The position numbers and the translations under genes were made by a program. The notes under the pieces were generated by a model. It saw only the letters and a program-made list of their open reading frames with translations, did no database searches and was not told the origin of the DNA. A stretch of DNA of 64,000 nucleotides from an uncultured Rickettsiales bacterium (GTDB lineage Bacteria; Pseudomonadota; Alphaproteobacteria; Rickettsiales; RI-342): the NCBI GenBank assembly GCA_964538615.1, contig CAZIGK010000009.1, positions 8,072 to 72,071 of the forward strand, in the 5' to 3' direction. Each line of letters starts with the position of its first letter. Positions within the stretch are counted from its first letter, which is position 1. Below are positions 60,179 to 64,000 of the stretch, in pieces.

Positions 60179-60186
60179 AGAAACCG

Positions 60187-61452
60187 TCACTCTGCCTGCG
60201 TTGCCCGTAATCGTGTTGCCACATCCGCTGGGGCAACCATACAATGCTCCCCTGCTTTCAAATCGCGTAGCTGTACCACACCTTGTGCCAATTCGTCACT
60301 GCCAACAATCACTGCGGCGTAACATCCGGCTTTATCGGCACGCATCAGGCGTTTTTTCATGTTACCGCTATAGTCCAGTTGCACCACCAATCCGGCTTGC
60401 CGCAGGGTCGCTGCCAGCTTGAACGCTTCCATCGCCTCGGCCTCCCCAACCGGAATCACCGCCACTGCTGCCGATGCCGCCACTTGTTGCTTCAGTACCT
60501 CTTCCAGCAGCAGTTCCAGCCGTTCCAAACCACAACCCCAGCCGACCGCTGGCACATCCGGCCCACCCATGCTTTTCACCAGCGCATCATAACGCCCTCC
60601 CGCCAGCACTGTGCCTTGTGATCCCAGAACATCGGTCACAAATTCAAACGCCGTGTGAGAATAATAGTCCATTCCGCGCACCAGCCGCGGGTTCACAACA
60701 TAGGGAATGCCCAACGCTTCCAACCCGGCTTTCACCTCGGCAAAAAACTGTTGGGATGCCTCGTTCAAATATTCCCCAAATTGTGGCGCACCTGCCACCA
60801 GGGCTTTATCCCCCGCATCTTTGGAATCCAAAATCCGCAGCGGATTACGCTGCAAGCGCAGTTGACTATCCTCCGACAGGGCATCCTGATGCGTAGTGAA
60901 ATAGCCCACCAATGCTTCCCGATAAGCCGTGCGGCTTTCCGCATCCCCCAGAGAATTGATCTCCAGCGTCACATAAGGTGCCAACCCCAAGGCCTGCAAC
61001 AGGTGATACCCCAGCGCGATGACCTCAGCATCCGCCAGCGGGTTTGACAATCCCAAATATTCCACATCTAACTGGTGAAACTGCCGCAGCCGTCCTTTTT
61101 GTGGCCGTTCATACCGAAAAATAGGCCCGGTCGCAAACAGCTTCAGCGGCAAATGCTGGCTCAACCCGCCGGATATAAGCGCACGCGCAATACCAGCAGT
61201 AAACTCTGGCCGCAGTGTAATACTCTCCCCACCACGGTCATCAAATGTATACATTTCCTTCATTACAATATCAGATGCATCGCCTAACGTCCGGGCAAAG
61301 ACCTCTGTGAATTCAAAAATAGGCGTCGCAATTTCACCACAGCCATAACGTGCGGTTACCTCCCGCGCCATTGCCAGAATATGATTACGCAGTCGGTGCT
61401 GCTCCGGCAGGCAATCATGGGTGCCGCGCACAGGTTGCAGGTTTTTACTCAT
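60187..61452 (-). CDS. hisS: Histidine--tRNA ligase
   Basis: [34 protein letters not shown], anticodon-binding domain. Confidence 0.98.
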   Translation of the reverse strand: MSKNLQPVRGTHDCLPEQHRLRNHILAMAREVTARYGCGEIATPIFEFTEVFARTLGDASDIVMKEMYTFDDRGGESITLRPEFTAGIARALISGGLSQHLPLKLFATGPIFRYERPQKGRLRQFHQLDVEYLGLSNPLADAEVIALGYHLLQALGLAPYVTLEINSLGDAESRTAYREALVGYFTTHQDALSEDSQLRLQRNPLRILDSKDAGDKALVAGAPQFGEYLNEASQQFFAEVKAGLEALGIPYVVNPRLVRGMDYYSHTAFEFVTDVLGSQGTVLAGGRYDALVKSMGGPDVPAVGWGCGLERLELLLEEVLKQQVAASAAVAVIPVGEAEAMEAFKLAATLRQAGLVVQLDYSGNMKKRLMRADKAGCYAAVIVGSDELAQGVVQLRDLKAGEHCMVAPADVATRLRATQAE

Positions 61453-61453
61453 C

Positions 61454-62488
61454 TTATTGGTTCTCCAGCCATGTTAGGGGTGGGTTGGGGGCAACGGGCA
61501 CCGTTTCAGGTGCCGTCTCAGACACAGGTTTCTGTATGGTTTTTGGCGCAGGCTTTTGCACAGGCGCACGCACGGGTTCAGGCACCACTTGCGGTGTCAC
61601 TTGCGGTGTCGCCTTAACAGCAGGTGCGCTGTTTGACGAAGCAGGAACGGCCACAGAAGGCATTTCTGTTTCCGGCATCGGCTCTGGTATCAGTTCATCC
61701 AGCATGACCTTCCAGACATACCCCCCCTGACCATCCGCCGGAGCCGGTAACGATACGATAGCTCCGGCATGATACAACCGCAACCCATCTGCCACCATAT
61801 GTGTTACTTGCACCCCCGCCTGTAGGGGTAACAAATAGCGTGTACCTGCTTTCGTGAATCCATCCATCCAATAGACGCCATCGTTGTGTGTGGCTTGCAG
61901 GCTGAGCCAGCCATCTTTTTGCACTTCCAGCACAAACGCGTCTGGCACGGCGGCACTCAGCGCCTCGGTGCTTGCCACCACCTGACAGCGTTGTTGCCCC
62001 TGCCCATGCCACCAGTCCCGATAACACACCTTGCCCGGTGCCGGAGATATGACCACACCGCCTTCCTCTTCCACCACCAACCGTGGCGCATAGATAGCAG
62101 GCTCCGGCGTGGCATGGTAAAAACCGAACCACAACAGCAGATAGATCATGGCACAGAGCAGCATGATACCGCGCCCCGGCCTTCCACCGTGGCTGACGGG
62201 CACCACTGCCGCAAACCAGTTTAAGTTTTTGTGCTGCCCTTTTTGTTCCAGTGCAAACCGATCCAGCACATAGGCTAAATCCAGCTTCAAAAACTGTGCA
62301 TAAATGCGCAAATACCCCAAGGTATACGAGCCACCCGGCAATTCGTCAAACCGATCCAGCTCCATCGCCTGCACCTGCTGCGGTGTCAGTTTGGTCTGTT
62401 CGGTCACATCCTGTAGGGTATAGCCCAACTGGAAGCGGGTTTGCCGCAACATACCCCCTACTGTTTCCTGCGCTTCATGATGCTGCAT
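61454..62488 (-). CDS. RodZ-like protein (N-terminal HTH, one TM, periplasmic domain, Pro-rich tail)
   Basis: G..LR..R, E...FD.LPG..Y..GYLR.YA.FL.LD; lies between ptsP and hisS. Confidence 0.8.
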   Translation of the reverse strand: MQHHEAQETVGGMLRQTRFQLGYTLQDVTEQTKLTPQQVQAMELDRFDELPGGSYTLGYLRIYAQFLKLDLAYVLDRFALEQKGQHKNLNWFAAVVPVSHGGRPGRGIMLLCAMIYLLLWFGFYHATPEPAIYAPRLVVEEEGGVVISPAPGKVCYRDWWHGQGQQRCQVVASTEALSAAVPDAFVLEVQKDGWLSLQATHNDGVYWMDGFTKAGTRYLLPLQAGVQVTHMVADGLRLYHAGAIVSLPAPADGQGGYVWKVMLDELIPEPMPETEMPSVAVPASSNSAPAVKATPQVTPQVVPEPVRAPVQKPAPKTIQKPVSETAPETVPVAPNPPLTWLENQ

Positions 62489-64000
62489 GCACAGCGCTCC
62501 ATCCACGGTCACGGGCATATTCCTGCAAACTATGGCGGTTCAGACGCCCTTGTGCGGCTGCCTGCTTCACAAACTCCCGCACTTCTCCTACATGCACATG
62601 CCGGATAAACTGCCGCAAACCCGCGACCGCCGCAGGGGTGACCGATAGAGAAGATAACCCGCTGGCCAGCGCCAGCATCGCCCCTGCACGGTGGCTCACC
62701 ATTTCTCCACAACAACTGACAGGCGTCGCATGCTGATGCATCACCTGCGCCACTTGCCCTAACAGCCGATACATGGCCGGATGCACCGGATCAAATCGGC
62801 CTTGCAACTGCGGGCTTTCCCGATCTGCCGCAAATAAAAACTGCATCAGGTCATTGGTTCCGATGGAAATAAAATCCGCAGCCTCGGCCAGTTCCGGCAA
62901 TTGCCATAACAGGGATGGTATTTCCAGCATCGCACCCACGCTCACATGTGATGGGCGCATACGCCCTTTGCGGTCTGCACGCTCCAACTCTCGCTCCACC
63001 AGTTTGCGAAACTCCACAAACTCGCTGACATCCGCAATAAAAGGTGCCATCAAATGTAATTGCCGTCCACCCGTTGCCCAAATCAGGGCGCGTAGCTGAC
63101 GCAACAAAATAGCGGGTCTGTCCAGCGCAATCCGAATCCCCCGCCATCCCATGGCCGGGTTTGCTTCATTGGGGTGCTGAAAATAATACAGCGGTTTATC
63201 TCCACCAATATCAAAGGTACGGAACCACACGGGCTTCTGCCCCGCTGCATCCGCTACTTTTCGGTAGATTTCATATTGCGCTTCCACATTGGGAAAACTC
63301 TGACTGGCCAGATACGGTACTTCTGTGCGGTACAGCCCAATCCCTTCCGCACCACAACGGTTAATACGGGCGGCATCCATGGTTAGTCCGGCATTCATCA
63401 TCACCGTGACCCGCACACCATCGGCAGTGTAGAGGGGAGAATCATCCACCACGACAGATAATTGCTGCTGCTGCGATTGATACGCCTGCCGTGCCATCTG
63501 CACCACCTCCTCAGGCGGACGCACAAAGACCTCCGCATGATCGGCATCCACCACCAACGCATCGCCTTCATGAATATAGCGGGTCGCTGCGGTCACATTG
63601 CCGATCACAGGGATATTCATGCTCCGCGCCACAATCGCCACATGCGAAGTCAGAGGGCTTTCTTCCAACACTACCCCGGCCAGCTTATTCACATCATAGG
63701 CCAATAATTCCGCCGGCCCCAAGGTACGCGCCACCAACACAGCATCATCCTGCAACTCACGCTGCCCGAAATGCAGCTTTTCGCCGTGCAGGGCGGAAAT
63801 AAGTTGTCGGCTGACCTCCTGAATATCATGCGCACGATCCCGCAAATAGCGGCTACCGCCTTCATACAAACGGCTGCATAATTCATTCTGCACACGGCTG
63901 ATGGCAGCCTCGGCGGTCAGACCTGTCTGAATCGCCTCGCGAATGCGCCGCTGCCAGCCTTCATCAAAGGCATACATGCGGTAGGTCTGCAATATCTCTA
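62475..64000 (-). CDS. ptsP: PEP-protein phosphotransferase (EI-Ntr type); 5' end outside the window
   Basis: TSHVAIVARS (phospho-His), GIGLYRTE, RTFDIGGDK, E.NPAMGWRGIR, SIGTNDL, CGEM. Confidence 0.93.
   Translation of the reverse strand, partial: EILQTYRMYAFDEGWQRRIREAIQTGLTAEAAISRVQNELCSRLYEGGSRYLRDRAHDIQEVSRQLISALHGEKLHFGQRELQDDAVLVARTLGPAELLAYDVNKLAGVVLEESPLTSHVAIVARSMNIPVIGNVTAATRYIHEGDALVVDADHAEVFVRPPEEVVQMARQAYQSQQQQLSVVVDDSPLYTADGVRVTVMMNAGLTMDAARINRCGAEGIGLYRTEVPYLASQSFPNVEAQYEIYRKVADAAGQKPVWFRTFDIGGDKPLYYFQHPNEANPAMGWRGIRIALDRPAILLRQLRALIWATGGRQLHLMAPFIADVSEFVEFRKLVERELERADRKGRMRPSHVSVGAMLEIPSLLWQLPELAEAADFISIGTNDLMQFLFAADRESPQLQGRFDPVHPAMYRLLGQVAQVMHQHATPVSCCGEMVSHRAGAMLALASGLSSLSVTPAAVAGLRQFIRHVHVGEVREFVKQAAAQGRLNRHSLQEYARDRGWSAVHAAS

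Overview
A 64-kb chromosomal window from an alphaproteobacterium, mostly housekeeping genes (tsaC, guaB, hemA, ctaA, metY, mutY, dusB, ispDF, polA, scoAB, hisI, folE, nadK, dapA, clpB, prmC, prfA, hisS, partial ptsP) interspersed with orphan ORFs. DUF2610, an unpaired ntrY and intact Met/His/Lys/folate genes suggest a metabolically capable, possibly Rickettsiales-related lineage (inference). I found no rRNA, tRNA, CRISPR array, integrase or transposase. Most notable observations: (1) at the conserved ispDF/dusB-ntrBC-ntrYX locus, ntrB-ntrC is replaced by a stand-alone Fis-like gene resembling the NtrC C-terminal HTH, giving dusB-fis-ntrY; (2) a SAM-II riboswitch precedes metY and a single-ORF MetA-homoserine dehydrogenase fusion with an eroded ACT domain; (3) a family of ~145-bp palindromic intergenic elements, some stacked or nested; (4) a 654-aa orphan tightly coupled to a YjfI-family gene; (5) a hicAB module with a palindromic operator, a probably leaderless start and a third co-oriented ORF. 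All family calls rest on motif recognition by eye, and many start codons are my best estimates.
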